This document shows positions 25,611 to 39,728 of a stretch of DNA of 64,000 nucleotides, one piece after another. How positions within the stretch are numbered: position 1 is the first letter of the stretch; each line of letters starts with the position of its first letter. Below the pieces are notes generated by a model. It was given only the letters and a program-made list of their open reading frames with translations, made no database searches and was not told the DNA's origin. The stretch is from Scyliorhinus canicula (taxonomy: Eukaryota): positions 61,457,833 through 61,521,832 of the forward strand of contig NC_052146.1 in assembly GCF_902713615.1 (NCBI RefSeq). The letters are read 5' to 3'. A program made the position numbers and the translations under genes.

Positions 25611-28600
25611 TTATTTTAAAAAATATTTTTCTTAAGTATTTGAAAATTTTATAAAAATAACATTAACAATGACATCAACATGGCATAATAAACATTTGCC
25701 CCCCATCCCAATCTTCACACACCCCAACTATAAAACAACAATCCCCCCCCCCCCCCCTCGGAATAGTGCATCTGCTGACATTTTAATTTTCCCAGAGAAA
25801 GTCGACGAACGGCTGCCACCTCCGGGTGAACCCAACCAGTGACCCTCTTAAGGCGAACTTTATCTTCTCGAGACTGAGAAACCCAGCTATGTCACTAACC
25901 CGGGCCTCCGCACTCGGGGGCTTTGAGTCCCTCCACATTAACAAGATCCGTCTCCGGGCTACCAGGGAGGCAAAGGTCAAGACGTCGGCCTCTTTCGCCC
26001 CCTGAACTCCCAGCTCTTCCGACACTCCAAAGATCGCTACCTCCGGACTTGGCACCACCCGTGTTCTGAGTACTGTGGACATCACCTTAGCAAAATCCTG
26101 CCAAAACCTTCTAAGCTTTGGGCATGCCTAAAACATGCGGACATGATCTGCTGGGCTTCCCGTGCACCTCGCACACCTATCCTCTACCCCGAAAAACCTG
26201 CTCATCTGGGCCGCTGTCATGTGTGCCCTGTGGACTACCTTAAATTGCATCAGGCTAAGTCTGGCACATGATGAGGAGGTATTAATCTGTTTAGGGCATC
26301 CGCCCATAGACCCGCCTCTATCTCTCCTCCAAGCTCGTCCTCACACTTGCCCTTGAGCTTTTCCACCGGAATTTCTTCCGTGTCCGAAGGCTCCTGGTAA
26401 ATGCCTGAAACCTTCCCCTACCCCACCCAGCACTGGAGACTACTCTGTCCAGTATCCCCCATGGCAGAGCAGCGGAAAGGCCAGCTTCTGTTTTCTCAGG
26501 AAGTCTCACACCTGCAAATGCCTAAACCTGTTCCCTGCTGGCAATTCAAATTTATCCTCCAAGGCTTTGAAGCTGGGTTTGCTCCCATCTATAAGTAGAT
26601 CCCCAACCTTCTAATTCCTGCCCTGTGCCATCTCCGGAATCCACCGTCTAGCCTTCCTGGCACAAACCGATGATTATTATAAATCGAGGTCCAAACAGAT
26701 TCTCCCTTCAATCTCTTATATTTCCTCCATTGCCCCAGATTCTCAGAGCCGCCACCACCACCGGACTTCTGAAGTATTGGGCCGGCGAGAACGGAAGAGG
26801 TGCTTTTATCAGTGCTCGCAAACTGGTGTCTTTACATGGCGCCGCCTCCATCCGCTCCCATGCTGACCCCTTCCCCACTACCCACTTCCTAATCATTGGC
26901 TACATTAGCCGCCCAGTAGTAATTGCAGAAGTTCGGCAGAACCAACCCACCCTCCCCCCGACTGCGCTGCAGCAACACTTTCTTCACTCACGGGGTTTTA
27001 CTCGCCCACACAAAGCCCAAACTAACCTTATTCACCCGCTTGAAAAGACCTTTGGGATGAAAATGGGGAGGCACTGAAAGGCAAACAGAAGTCTGGGGAG
27101 GACCGTCATTTTCGCGGTCTGTACCCTCCCCGCCAGTGATAGCGGGAGCATGTCCCATCTCTTAAAGTCCCCTTCCATTTGTTCTACTAGCCGGGATAGG
27201 TTTAACTCGTGCAGTGCCTCCCGTTCCCAGGCAACCTGGATTCCCAGATACCGAAAGCTCCTCCCTACCATTCCAAGCGGCAGCTCTCCCAGTCTCTTCT
27301 CCTGTCCTCTTATCTGGATCACGAACATCCCGCTTTTGTCCGTGCTCAATTTATACCCTGGAAAATTGCCAAATTCCTCCAGGATTCACATAACTTCCCC
27401 TATCCCCTCCAATGGGTCTGAAATAGACAAGAGCAGGTCATCTGCGTAAAGTGAGACCCGGTGCTCCACCCCCCTCCGAACCAGCCCTTTCCAGTTCCTA
27501 GAGGCTCTTAATGCCATAGCCAATGGCTCTATGGCTAGGGCAAACCGGAACAGGGAGAGGGGGCCCCCTTGCCTCGTCCCTTGATGTAGTTTAAAGTTCT
27601 CCGACCTCAGCCGGTTCGTACGCACGCTCACTACTGGTGTATGATAGAGCAACCGCACCCAGTCAATAAAGCCCTCACCAAACCCAAACCTTCCCAGCGC
27701 CTCCTACAGGGAATTCCACTCCACCCGATCAAAAGCCTTCTCCGCATCCATCGCTACCACCACCTCCACCTCCCCTCCTTCTGAGGGCATTATAATAACA
27801 TTCAAAGGCCCTCGAACATTGGCCTTGAGTTGCCTGCCCTTTACAAATCCCGTCTGGTCTTCCCTTATCACCCCCGGGACTCAGTCCTCTGTCCTTGTGG
27901 CCAGTATCTTAGCCAACAGCAGTTTGCCGTCCATATTCAGTCGAGGAATTGGCCTGTATGACCTGCATTGTTCCGGATCCTTCTCCCATTTCAGGATCAA
28001 TGAAATCGAGGCCTGCGACATTGTTCAGAGGAGGACTCCCTTCTCTCTTGCTTCATTAAATGTCCTCACCAGCAGTGGGCTCAATATCTCTGGAAACCTC
28101 TTATAGAATTCCACCGGGTAGCTGTCAGGCCCTGGGGCCTTGCCCAACTGCATGCCCTCGAGTCCCTTGATTATTTCCTCAATCTCAATTGGGGCTCCCA
28201 GCCCTTCCACCAGATCCTTATCTACCCTCGGGAACCTCAACTGATCCAAAAAACTGCCTCATCCCCTCCACTCCAGCCGTGGGTTCCGACTCATATAATT
28301 TACTACAGAAGTCCTTAAACACCTCGTTCACCTCCGCTGAGTCCAGGACAGTATTCCCGCCTCTACTCTTTACTTTACCTTTTCTCCCTGGCCACCTCCC
28401 TTTTCCTGAGCTGGTGCGCCAACATTCTGCTTGCCTTTTTCCCGTACTCATAAATCGCCCCCCTCGCCTTCCTCAACTGTTCCACCGCTATCCCTGTGGT
28501 CGACAGCCCAAACTCCGCCTGTAACCGCCGCCGCTGCCTCCGTAGCCCCGCGTCCGGGGCCTCCGAGTATCTCCTGTCCACCTGGAGTATCTCCTCCACT

Positions 28601-30935
28601 ACCCTATCCCTTTCAGCCCGTTGCACCTTTACTCCGTGGGCCCGTAGCAAGATTAATTCCCCTCTGACCACTGCCTTCAGAGCTTCCCAAACCGTCGCTG
28701 CAGAGACCTCCCCCGTATCATTTGTTTCCAGGTAGTTCTGGATGGACTTGTTAACCCGCCCACAGATCGCTTCATCCGCTAGCAACCCCACATCCAGCCT
28801 CCACAGTGGGCATTGCCTTCTCTCCAAACTAACCCGTAGATCAACCCAATGAGGGACATGATCCGACACTGCGATTGCCGAGTACTCAGTATCCACCACC
28901 TCCGGTATTAGCGCCCTACTCAGAACAAAAAAGTCGATGTGAGAGTATACCTTGTGGACATGTGAGAAAAAGGAAAACTCCTTCGCTCTTGGTCGTGCAA
29001 ACCTCCATGGGTCTACTCCCCCCATCTGTTCCATAAACCCCTTCAATTCCTTTGCCGCAGCCGGCTTCCTTCCTGTCCTGGATTTTGACCGGTCCAATTC
29101 CGGATCAGTGACTGTGTTAAAGTCTCCTCCCATGATCAGGTTGTGTGACTCTAAGTCTGGGATCCTACCTAAAACCCGCCTCATAAATTCCACATTGTTC
29201 CACTTCGGAGCATATATGTTCACGAGTACCACCCGCACCCCCTCCAGCTTCCCACTCACCATTATGTACCTACCTCCCTTGTCTGACACGATTCTCCCTG
29301 CCTCGAATGCCACTCGTTTGTTGAGCAAGATTGCTACCCCCCTGGTCTTTGGGTCCAGTCCTGAGTGGAATACTTGGTTAACCCACCCATTTCTCAATCT
29401 TGCTTGGTAAGTAACGTTTAGGTGTGTCTCTTGTAGCATTGCCACGTCCGCCTTCAGCACCCTCAAATGCGCAGACACGCGAGCCCTCTTGGCCGGCCCA
29501 TTCAGCCCTCTGACGTTCCGTGTAATCAGCCTGGTCGGGGGACTTCCAGCGCGCCCTCCCCCCCTGCCGACTAGCCATCACTCTTTTTAGGCCAGCCTCT
29601 AGCTCGCGCCCTCCGCCTCCTCGAGCCCCCCCCCCTCAGGCATTCACCGTTCTCGACCTCCTATTTGTCCCCTAGTAACAGTTCCTCCTCTGTCAGCAAA
29701 GCAGCTTCCTCCCCCCTCTCCCTACCCTCCCCTAGCAACAATTCTAGAAACCCAACCCCCCAAGTCAAGCTCCAGTTTAACACCTGCTCACCCCCCACTG
29801 CGCTTCCGAGAGTCAGCTGACCCATGCTGACTTGATAGCGCCCACCCCGGCACCAAGCAGTCTGTCTCCCCATTATTCTCTCCCCTCTCCCTCCACTTGG
29901 ACAAACATATTAAAAGCATCACGGGAGCGATTCTCCGCTCCCCACGCCGGGTGGGAGAATCGCAGGAGGGCCGGGCGACTCACGACACGCCGCCCTGGCA
30001 CCCCCCGCGATTCTCCCCCCCCGGGCTCGGATGAATCGCCGCTCGCCGTTTTTCACGGCGACCGGCGATTCTCCGGCCCAGATGGGCTGAGCAGCCTGAC
30101 GTTCCCGACCGGTTCACGACGGCGGCAACCACACCTGGTCGCTGCCGTCGTGAACATGGGCGCCAAATGCTGGTTTGTGGCTTGTGGGGGGCAGAGAGGG
30201 GAGTGAGCACCACGGCCGTGCTCAGGAGGGGACTGGCCCGCGATCGGTGCCCACCGATCGTCAGGCCGGCGTCCCCAAGCGACGCACTCTTTCCCCTCCG
30301 CCGCCCCGCAAGATCAAGCCGCCACGTCTTGCGGGGCAGCAGAGGGGAAGACGACAACCGAGCATGCGCGGATTGGAGCCGGCAGCCGTCGTGACGTCAG
30401 CCGCGCATGCGCGGGTTGGAGCCGGCCAACCTGCGCTTGTGCGGCTGACGTCACTTAGGCGCAGCCGTTGCGTCATTCTCGGCGCGACGCCTTGATGCAA
30501 GTGTCAAGTCCCGGCGGCCTAGATTTACGGAGCGCCGCTCCTAGCCCCCTGGGAGGGGGGGGGGGGTGAATAGGGTGCGAGGAACGGCCTCCGAGGCCGT
30601 CGTGTAACTCGGCCGAGTTCACGACGGCCTTCCCGATGCCGCACGGGAGCGGAGAATTCCGCCCCACATTCCCTGGTAAACAAACATCAGAAAAAAAACA
30701 ATGAAGAAACAGCCACTTTAGAAAAAAAAACACTCAAAAAACGGAACCAACCCCAAAGCCCATCCCCCCCCCCCCCCCCCCCCCCCCCCACTAACCAGCT
30801 CCCTGCAAGACAAAGTTAACTTTAGCCATCCAAACAACCCCTTATTACACATAGCACTACTTATACAACCCAGCAAAACAAATCGCCAGCAAAGTACTTC
30901 ACCAATGCTACATGTATTGCAACACCTGAGTTGCA
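25611..30935 (-). mobile_element. L1-clade LINE: near-complete but frameshifted ORF2 (about 29578 to 25783) plus upstream non-coding part
   Basis: APE endonuclease (RNVRGLN, MLQETH, GGDFN, SHIDFF, SDH), KAPGPD, LYADD, FRYLGI and C-x2-C knuckle remnant; no ORF1 seen; 5' boundary approximate. Confidence 0.92.
29923..30664. mobile_element. GC-rich MITE, PIF/Harbinger-like, inserted in L1
   Basis: TIRs GGGAGCGATTCTCC / GGAGAATTCCGCCC; TSD CAC/CAC. Confidence 0.88.
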
Positions 30936-31117
30936 TTGCAGACAATTCCTTGAATAGAGGTTTATGCTGATAGGGGTTGACTGAAGGAGACTAGAGAAGG
31001 GTTATGGGAAGCATCAACTTTGGCAGTAACCTGTTGGGATGAATGGTCTTTTCCGTGCTGTCAATCCCAAGTAGTTCGATGTTGACCATACTGATGTTGC
31101 TATTTTCTGTTTTTCAG

Positions 31118-31249
31118 TTGAATCAAGGCTCAGAAGACCCACTTAAACGGCCTGTTGTTTATGTCAAAGGCATTGATGCAGTGAGATTAATGAACATTGT
31201 CAACAAGCAGAAGGTGGCGCGAGCACGAATCCAACATCGCCCACCACGG
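31118..31249 (+). CDS. ZNRF3: ZNRF3 coding exon (end of PA domain, [44 protein letters not shown])
   Basis: Acceptor tttttcag|TTG and donor CGG|gtaaga; 132 nt, phase 0-0; lies within ORF 31043..31327. Confidence 0.97.
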
Positions 31250-32142
31250 GTAAGAGTAAATACAACACCTGAATCTCCAACATTGTATTTCTCTTCAATG
31301 CTGCCAATTCTGCCTGAATCTGAATGAGGAGTTCTCTGGGTGCATGGTGCCGATGAATAAAATTCCACCACTCCAATCAAGGCACCATTGCATATCAGAA
31401 TTTAAAAGAAACATTGTCTCAATCAGTGTGCACATTAGTTCGCAGGGGGAAAACCTGTCAAGTCTGCATTTTCCATACAGCATATTAAACTTGCCCCATC
31501 ACAGACTTTGCCCCATCTATTTTAACCCACATAAATACTGCCTGACCCACAAAACTACAGAATCATCTCCACCCCCACAGCTCCAATTTGGGCCTGTAAC
31601 TGCCCACAGACAAAGCAGTAGCCTCCTCCCCTCCCCTCCCCTCCTCAACACCACACCTTGGCACACAGTATTGTAAAGACAAAGCACAAATTAAATTTAA
31701 TGCTCTACACTTCATTGCCCTTATGGAAACTTGTTGTGGATTCAATTGCTTGTGTATAGCCAACGAGGAAGAAGAGATTACATAGCCGTGTCACAACAGT
31801 GCAGCACCAAGAACATAGCCAATGAGAATAAAAAAGATAAAAATAGAAAAAAAGAGTCTTAAATCTTCATACTCCCTCCCCAACACAGGTACATTTGTTA
31901 ACGATATCTAAATTGCTGGTACGGCTGTCTCCTCCAGACTGTCTTCTGTTCCAGGCATCAACAGCATATTGAGAAGAATATGGGGCTTTAGGAAGCTGTC
32001 AGATCACAGCAAGCCACAATTCATCAGCATTGCTTGGCATCCTTAATATCCTGCTACCCCTCGAGAAAAAATACCCAAAGTCTTTGGCCCTTGGCTGCCC
32101 AATAATGACAGTCACCAGGTTTGTAAATTTAAACACATGTAA

Positions 32143-34828
32143 TAAGAACATAAGAACTAGGAGCAGGAGTAGGCCATCTGGCCCCTCGAGCCTGCTCCGC
32201 CATTCAATTAGATCATGGCTGATCTTTTGTGGACTCAGCTCCACTTTCCGGCCCGAACACCATAACCCTTAATCCCTTTATTCTTCAAAAAACTATCTAT
32301 CTTTACCTTAAAAACATGTAATGAAGGAGCCTCAACTGCTTCACTGGGCAAGGAATTCCATAGATTCACAACCCTTTGGGTGAAGAAGTTCCTCCTAAAC
32401 TCAGTCCAAAATCTACTTCCCCTTATTTTGAGGCTATGTCCCCTAGTTCTGCTGTCACCCGCCAGTGGAAACAACCTGCCCGCATCTATCCTATCTATTC
32501 CCTTCATAATTTTAAATGTTTCTATAAGATCCCCCCTCATCCTTCTAAATTCCAACGAGTACAGTCCCAGTCTACTCAACCTCTCCTCATAATCCAACCC
32601 CTTCAGCTCTGGGATTAACCTAGTGAATCTCCTCTGCACACCCTCCAGCGCCAGTACGTCCTTTCTCAAGTAAGGAGACCAAAACTGAACACAATACTCC
32701 AGGTGTGGCTGCACTAACACCTTATACAATTGCAACATAACCTCCCTAGTCTTAAACTCCATCCCTCTAGCAATGAAGGACAAAATTCCATTTGCCTTCT
32801 TAATCACCTGTTGCACTTGTAAACCAACCTTCTGTGACTCATGCACTAGCACACCCAAGTCTCTCTGAACAGCGGCATGCTTTAATATTTTATCGTTTAA
32901 ATAATAACCCCGTTTGCTGTTATTCCTACCAAAGTGGATAACCTCACATTTGTCAACATTGTATTCCATCTGCCAGACCCTAGCCCATTCACTTAACCTA
33001 TCCAAATCCCTCTGCAGACTTCCAGTATCCTCTGCACTTTCGCTTTACCACTCATCTTAGTGTCATCCGCAAACTTGGACACATTGCCCTTGGTCCCCAA
33101 CTCCAAATCATCTATGTAAATTGTGAACAATTGTGGGCCCAACACGGATCCCTGAGGGACACCACTAGCTACTGATTGCCAACCAGGGAAACACCCATTT
33201 ATCCCAACTCTTTGCTTTCTATTAATTAACCAATCCTCTATCCATGCTACTACTTTACCCTTAATGCCATGCATCTTTATCTTATGCAGCAACCTTTTGT
33301 GTGGCACCTTGTCAAAGGCTTTCTGGAAATCCAGATATACCACATCCATTGGCTCCCCGTTATCTACTGCACTGGTAATGTCCTCAAAAAATTCCACTAA
33401 ATTAGTTAGGCATGACCTGCCCTTTACGAACCCATGCTGCGTCTGCCCAATGGAACAATTTCTATCCAGATGCCTCACAATTTCTTCCTTGATGATAGAT
33501 TCCAGCATCTTCCCTACTACCGAAGTTAAGCTCACTGGCCTATAATTTCCTGCTTTCTGCCTACCTCCTTTTTTAACAGTGGCATCACGTTTGCTAATTT
33601 CCAATCCACCGGGACCACCCCAGAGTCTAGTGAATTTCGGTAAATTATCACTAGTGCATCTGCAATTTCCCTAGCCATCTCTTTTAGCACTCTGGGATGC
33701 ATTCCATCAGGGCCAGGAGACTTGTCTACCTTTAGCCCCATTAGCTTGCCCATCACTCCCTCCTTAGTGATAACAATCCTCTCAAGGTCCTCACCTGTCA
33801 TAGCCTCATTTCTATCAGTCGCTGGCATGTTATTTGTGTCTTCCACTGTGAAGACCGACCCAAAAAACCTGTTCAGTTCCTCAGCCATTTCCTTATTTCC
33901 CATTATTAAAACTCCCTTCTCATCCTCTAAAGGACCAATATTTACCTTAGCCACTCTTTTTTGTCTTATATATTTGTAAAAACTTTTACTGTCTGTTTTT
34001 ATATTTTGAGCAAGTTTACTCTCATACTCTATCTTACTCTTCTTTATAGCTTTTTTAGTAGCTTTCTGTTGCCCCCTAAAGATTTCCCAGTCCTCTAATC
34101 TCCCAGCAATCTTTGCCACTTTATATGCTTTTTCCTTCAATTTGATACTCTCCCTTATTTCCTTAGATATCGACGGTCGATTTTCCCTCTTTCTTCCGTC
34201 CTTCCTTTTTGTTGGTATAAACCTTTGCTGAGCACTGTGAAGAATCGCTTGGAAGGTTCTCCACTGTTCCTCAACTGTTCCACCATAAAGTCTTAGCTCC
34301 CAGTCTACCTTAGCTAGTTCTTCTGTCATCCCCTTGTAATCTCCTTTGTTTAAACACAAAACACTAGTATTTGATTTTACTTTCTCACCCTCCATCTGTA
34401 TTTTAAATTCCACCATATTGTGATCGCTCCTTCCGAGAGGATCCCTAACTATGAGATCATGTATCAATCCTGTCTCATTACACAGGACAAGATCTAGGAC
34501 CGCTTGTTCCCTCGTAGGTTCCATTACATACTGTTCTAGGAAACTATCGCGGATACATTCTATAAACTCCTCCTCAAGGTTGCCTTGACCGACCTGGTTA
34601 AACCAATCGACATGTAGATTAAAATCCCCCATGATAACTGCTGTACCATTTCTACATGCATCAGTTATTTCTTTGTTTATTGCCTGCCCCACCATATCGT
34701 TACTATTTGGTGGCCGATAGACTACTCCTATCAGTGACTTTTTCGCCTTACTATTACTGATTTCCACCCAAATGGATTCAACCTTATCCTCCATAGCACC
34801 GATGTCATCCCTTACTATTGCCCGGATA
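32143..34828 (-). mobile_element. Young 5'-truncated CR1 LINE (partial endonuclease, RT, tail)
   Basis: ORFs 33532..34794, 32993..33604 and 32235..33005 (YRPP, GDFN, SDH, KSPGPDG, YLDFQKAFDKVPH, GVPQGSVLGP, FADD) are joined by two 1-nt frameshifts; (ttcttatg)n tail. Confidence 0.95.
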
Positions 34829-35774
34829 CTTTTATTTATAACAAGAACTACAATGAAATATGCAGCAAATAGAACTGGTTAACTATTCCTCTCTAATTCC
34901 TAATCCCCCACTTTGACTTTCCCCAATCCTGTATCTATACACATACATACACCCAAGACAGACAAGCACAGGGGGAGGAAGGGGGTGAAAATAATAAGGA
35001 TGAAAGTAAAAAGATAAAAGTCTTTGTTTCAGATGGTTGCTTCTAGCACCTTTCTCCTCTTCAAACTTTACTTTCAGTTCAAGGTTTTCACTGAAGATTC
35101 ATTCAGATCATTGTAGGTCCTCTGTAGGGGGCCGGTTAAGCTCAGTTGGCTGGATAGCTAGTTGATGATGCAGAGCAAGGCCAAGAGCATGGGTTCAATC
35201 CCCGTGCCAGCTGTGGTTATTCATGAAGGCCCATCTTCTCAACCTTGCCCCTCGCCTTAGGTGTGGTTATCCTCAGGTTAAATTATCATCAGTCTACTCT
35301 CCCCCTCAAGGAGGAAAGCAGCCTCTGGTCATCTCGGACTATGGTGACTACTTTACTATAGGTTCAGAAATGCAGTAACTCACAGCCATTTAGGAGAGAG
35401 AGAGAAGTAGAGGAGGTCCTTCCCCTGAGTGCCACGATTCGAACTCTGCTTTCCACAGATCTCTGGAAATTATCCCACTCAGGCAAGATCCAATCGCCAC
35501 CTGTTACTGGGCAGAATACCACCTTTCGGCCAATTCATTGGCCACCAGCCAATCGGCCGAACCAAGTCCTACCCCATCTCTCCGGTGCCGAGGAGTCTTG
35601 GTCTTGCTGTCCAAAGCTAGCAGCACCATTTATTATGTTGCAACCTCTTGAATTCCTCATTCTCTCGGCTGCTCGACTTAAAGATACATGTCCATTAGCA
35701 TCCATGGATCAAAGATGATAACAGCAAAAATAAAGAAAGGGGAAACAAGGGAATCAACAGGACGGATCCTTACA
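34829..35774 (-). mobile_element. LTR-like sequence, probably continuing left of the CR1 insertion
   Basis: Ends CCTTACA (TGTAAGG on -), minus-strand AATAAA near 34835, CCAAT-like repeats; other terminus and TSD not identified. Confidence 0.4.
35128..35358 (+). mobile_element. tRNA-Ile-like SINE (family 3)
   Basis: Head ggccggttaagctcagttgg...gggttcaatccccgt resembles vertebrate tRNA-Ile(AAT); further copies at 49501 (-) and 53370 (+). Confidence 0.8.
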
Positions 35775-37766
35775 CTATAAAAACACTCATTAAATGATGG
35801 GCACTAGTGACTTCCTCGGGTGAAAATGACTTGAAAGGTATCAAAACTGTTTGGTGTTTTGCTGCTGGCTTAAACATTTAAAGGTGGCCTTATAGTTCTA
35901 TGGAGGGTTTGTGTGTGTATCAATTCAGTTTCTTAACTGCTCCTTAGAACATGGGTTTCCTGTGGTTACTGTAGATTGGAGACAATTATAAAGGTACCAA
36001 GAAAGATTTCCAATATTTACCTCGTTCCTCAAATTAGTAAATCGGTGACGATTGGTGCAAAGACGCACCAGAGAATTTCATCAGGAATATACAGAAACAT
36101 GGTTGATAAAGTTCACCAGAGTCCCTTTCAACTTTCTGTTTCGTTATATTGTGGGTCCCACTGTTTCTTCTCGATAGAAATAACTGGGGATAAACGTTTG
36201 ATTTTTGCTTCAGTGTCATCACGAAAGGTGAACATTTTTGAAGCTAAAGATCGAAGTATTGTGACAAAGTCAGTCGTAAGGTATCCTGTAACCCGCAAAG
36301 AGGTGGCGGGGATGCGGTGAGGGGATTACAGGACCAAATTGTGGATCACAATAACCATTTTGCATTGCGTTTCTTCTCCATGTTGGAGCCTTTCAGGCCA
36401 CATTAAATAGATGAGGTAAGAGAATAAGGTCCCTCGATATTCAGCTAACACCCTCAACTTATGAGAAATGACAGCTCATTAATCTTACCAGTTCCTATTG
36501 TGAATTATTTATAGCTCAATGCTTTTGTAAGAATGCTTTTACTCAGATTTAATTTCATGCCTTTTGTGATTCCAACTTTGCCAATAGCTGTGTCAGAATT
36601 GAGCTTACAGCTTTCTTACTTTTTTTCAATGCTAGCCTTTTGGCTCCATTCTTTATTTCTGACAAAAAAATTCTTTTGGTTTGGATTACTCTGTTTTATG
36701 GCTTTTTTTTTGTCTGGGAGATGTTTTTCATTCTTTCCATAGAAGGGATCATTTCACCTTTTTCTTTCCCTCCGAATGGAAAACGGGAGGTTTGAAATTA
36801 TTTGTGCACTGGTTTTATTTCTTTGTCTGCTGTTGCTGAGGCGCTGGTTTTGCCTCTGTACTGTTTTGCCACAGGCTTGATTGATCAGTTAAATTAAAGA
36901 TCAAAAGAATATTTTCACTGGGTAGTGGCACCGTACCACCAAATGGCTATAGGCTACAGTCAGGACTCTTCCTGGTCACAACTTTAAAATAATAAATGCA
37001 GAGTTTTTTTTATAATGTCAAAATGTAATTATGTACACGGCTTAAAATTGTTTAATCAACTACAGCAGAAAGTATCTAGAGTTAGGCTGTCTCCTGAGAT
37101 CTCAAATCGTGAATGCAAGCTGTTGTGATGCACTTAGTTGATCCAATTTATGTTGACAAACGCTTGTCCGTTTACAGCTCTATCTAAACCATTTTGAGCA
37201 TCCCAAAAAGGTGCAGTACCCCATCATTTTTCCAAGACTTGTACAAGGCCACAGCTCATAACCTGCAAATGATATAATTCTGCAAAATGGAGTTGAAGTG
37301 CTGCCGCCCAGGGGTAATAGTGAGCAACGCTTCACACAGTGTTGTATCGAGGGGGACCATGGAGTATGGTGGATGAGAACACCGTCCTTTCCGTTTTGAA
37401 ATCTGATTTTGGAATCCAGCTTAGAGTTATCTTCTTTCTCATCTCTGTACAGGCAGCTCAGAAAAGTTTGAATGGTTTGAACCCAACTCGAAAATGGGCT
37501 TTAATCTGCTGGGAAAGCTGGCTGCAACTCAAAGACGTAATTGGCAAGCCTGCCCAAAGGGATCACCAAGGTAGCTGGTTTGGGAATAAAGAAAGTCACA
37601 CAATGCTGTTCTGAGACTCGAATCGAGATACATGATCGAGACAGAACAAGGAAGCTTCATTCTGATAGGAACCCATGAAGTACCTGGCCTGGGCGGGGGT
37701 AAGCAATGCCACCATTGGTGTCCTGAACTTCGACAATGCAAGTCCATAAAATAAAAAAAACATTAT

Positions 37767-38920
37767 ACATGGACTTCAGTAAGGCCTTTGACAAGGTACC
37801 TCATGGTAGACTGGTACAAAAGGTGAAGTCACATGGGATCAGAGGAGAGCTGGCAAGTTGGATACAGAACTGGCTTGGGCAGAGAAGCAGTAGAAGGGTG
37901 CTTTTCTGAATGGAAAGTTGTGACTAGCGGCGTTCCACAGGGATTAGTTCTGGGGCCTTTGTTGTTCGTGGTGTATATAAATGATTTGGAAGAAAATGTA
38001 GCTGGTCTGATTAGTATGTGCACAGACGATACAAAAATTGGTGGTGTTGCTGATAGTGAAGAGGACTGTTAGAGGATACAGCAGGATATAAACTGGTTGG
38101 AGTCTTGGGTGGAGTTTAATCCGGACAAGTGTGAGGTAATGCACTTTGGAAGATCCAATGCATGTAGGAATTACACAATAAATGGTAGAACTCTTGCGAG
38201 TACTGACAGGCAGAGCGATCTGGGCATGCATGTCCACCGATCACTGAAAGTGGCAAGGCATGTGGATAAGGTGGCCAAGAAGGCCTATGGCATGCTGGCC
38301 TTCATCGGTCGGGGCATTGAATAAAAAAATTGGCAAATCATGTTGCAGCTGTACAGGACCTTAGTTAGGCCTCATTTGGAATAGTGTGTACAATTCTGGT
38401 CACCACACTACCAGAAGAATGTGGATGCTTTGGAGAGGGTACAGAAGCGGTTTACTCAGAAGTTACCTGATATGGAGGGCATTAGCTATGAGGAGAGGTT
38501 AGATAAACTCGGTCTGTTCTCACTGGAACAACGGATGTTGAGAGGCTACCTGATAGAGGTCTACAAGATATGAGTGGCATGGACAGAGTGGATAGTCAGA
38601 TGCTCTTTCCTAGCGTAAGAGACTCAAGTCCTAGGAGACATAGCTTTAAAGTGCATGGGGAAAGGTTTAGAACAGATGTGCGAGGAAAGGTTTTTATACA
38701 GAGGGTGGTAAACATACGGAACGCGCTGCCAGGGGAGGTGGTGGGAGCAGGTACAATAGTGGCATTTAAGGGACATCGAGACAAATATATGAATAGGGTG
38801 AGAATGGAAGGATACGGACTCCGTAAGTGCAGACAGTTTTAGTTTAGGCAGGTACCATGCTTGGCGCAGACTTGGAGGGCCGAAGGGCCTGTTCCTGTGC
38901 TGCTTTGTTCATTGCTCTTT
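37767..38920 (+). mobile_element. 5'-truncated CR1 LINE (RT to tail)
   Basis: YMDFSKAFDKVPH, GVPQGLVLGP, DDTK; stops and frameshifts present. Confidence 0.9.
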
Positions 38921-38924
38921 TGAG

Positions 38925-39230
38925 TCCAGAAATGGGGTCATAGTTTGAGGTTACGGGATAAACCTTTTAGGATAGAGATGAGGAGAACTTTTTTCACCTA
39001 GAGAGTGGTGAACCTGTGGAATTCGCTACCACATAAAGTAGTTGTGGCCAAAGCATTGTGTAATTTCAAGAAGGAATTAGATATAGCTCTTGGAGATAAA
39101 GGGATTAAGGGATATGGAGGGAAGATGGTGTCAGAATATTGAATTTGATGATCAGCCATCATCATAATGAATGGCGGAGCAGGCTTGAAGGGCCGAATGG
39201 CTTCCTCCTGCTCCTATTTTCTATGTATGT
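38925..39230 (+). mobile_element. Second CR1 subfamily 3' end, abutting the first
   Basis: agagtggtgaacctgtggaattcgct...gggccgaatggcttcctcctgctcct tail, similar to the tail of 32143-34828. Confidence 0.8.
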
Positions 39231-39728
39231 TTCTGTGTATCAGGGAAACTAATTTTAAATTGAAGCAAATTCCCTGTGAAATTGTACCGAAAATAATTAA
39301 AGGTATGTAACATGGAAGACCGTTAATGGTTCTCATATATATCGAGACTGCCCCAGCTTTGCTATATTCAACGTTATTATGTGTCATTTTAAACAACTTC
39401 CATTTAATAGCCCGATAGGTTTTGTATCTATCAATGTGTACCAAAAGTTAAACAACTGGAAAATGAAGCAGTATATTCACAAAGGAAGGATAATTGCAGC
39501 TTTTCATTTCAGTCTTTGGAGAATAGAAATTAAACATTTGTCAGAGTGAAAACTACAAACACATCCTATTTAAATCTGGAATCAAAGTGCTTGTATTATG
39601 GATAGCCAATTTTGGAATGATGGAGCCTGTGGCAACAGTCCAAATGTATTAAACTCTGTGCCACTGCACAAGAATGAAGGTTAGGAGCAAATCTGAATAA
39701 GGCTGTGTTAAGGGTTGGGAGAGATATT

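Noticed and set aside
35128-35215. Possible tRNA-Ile gene
   Set aside because: The anticodon arm is disrupted and the sequence continues into a multicopy SINE body.
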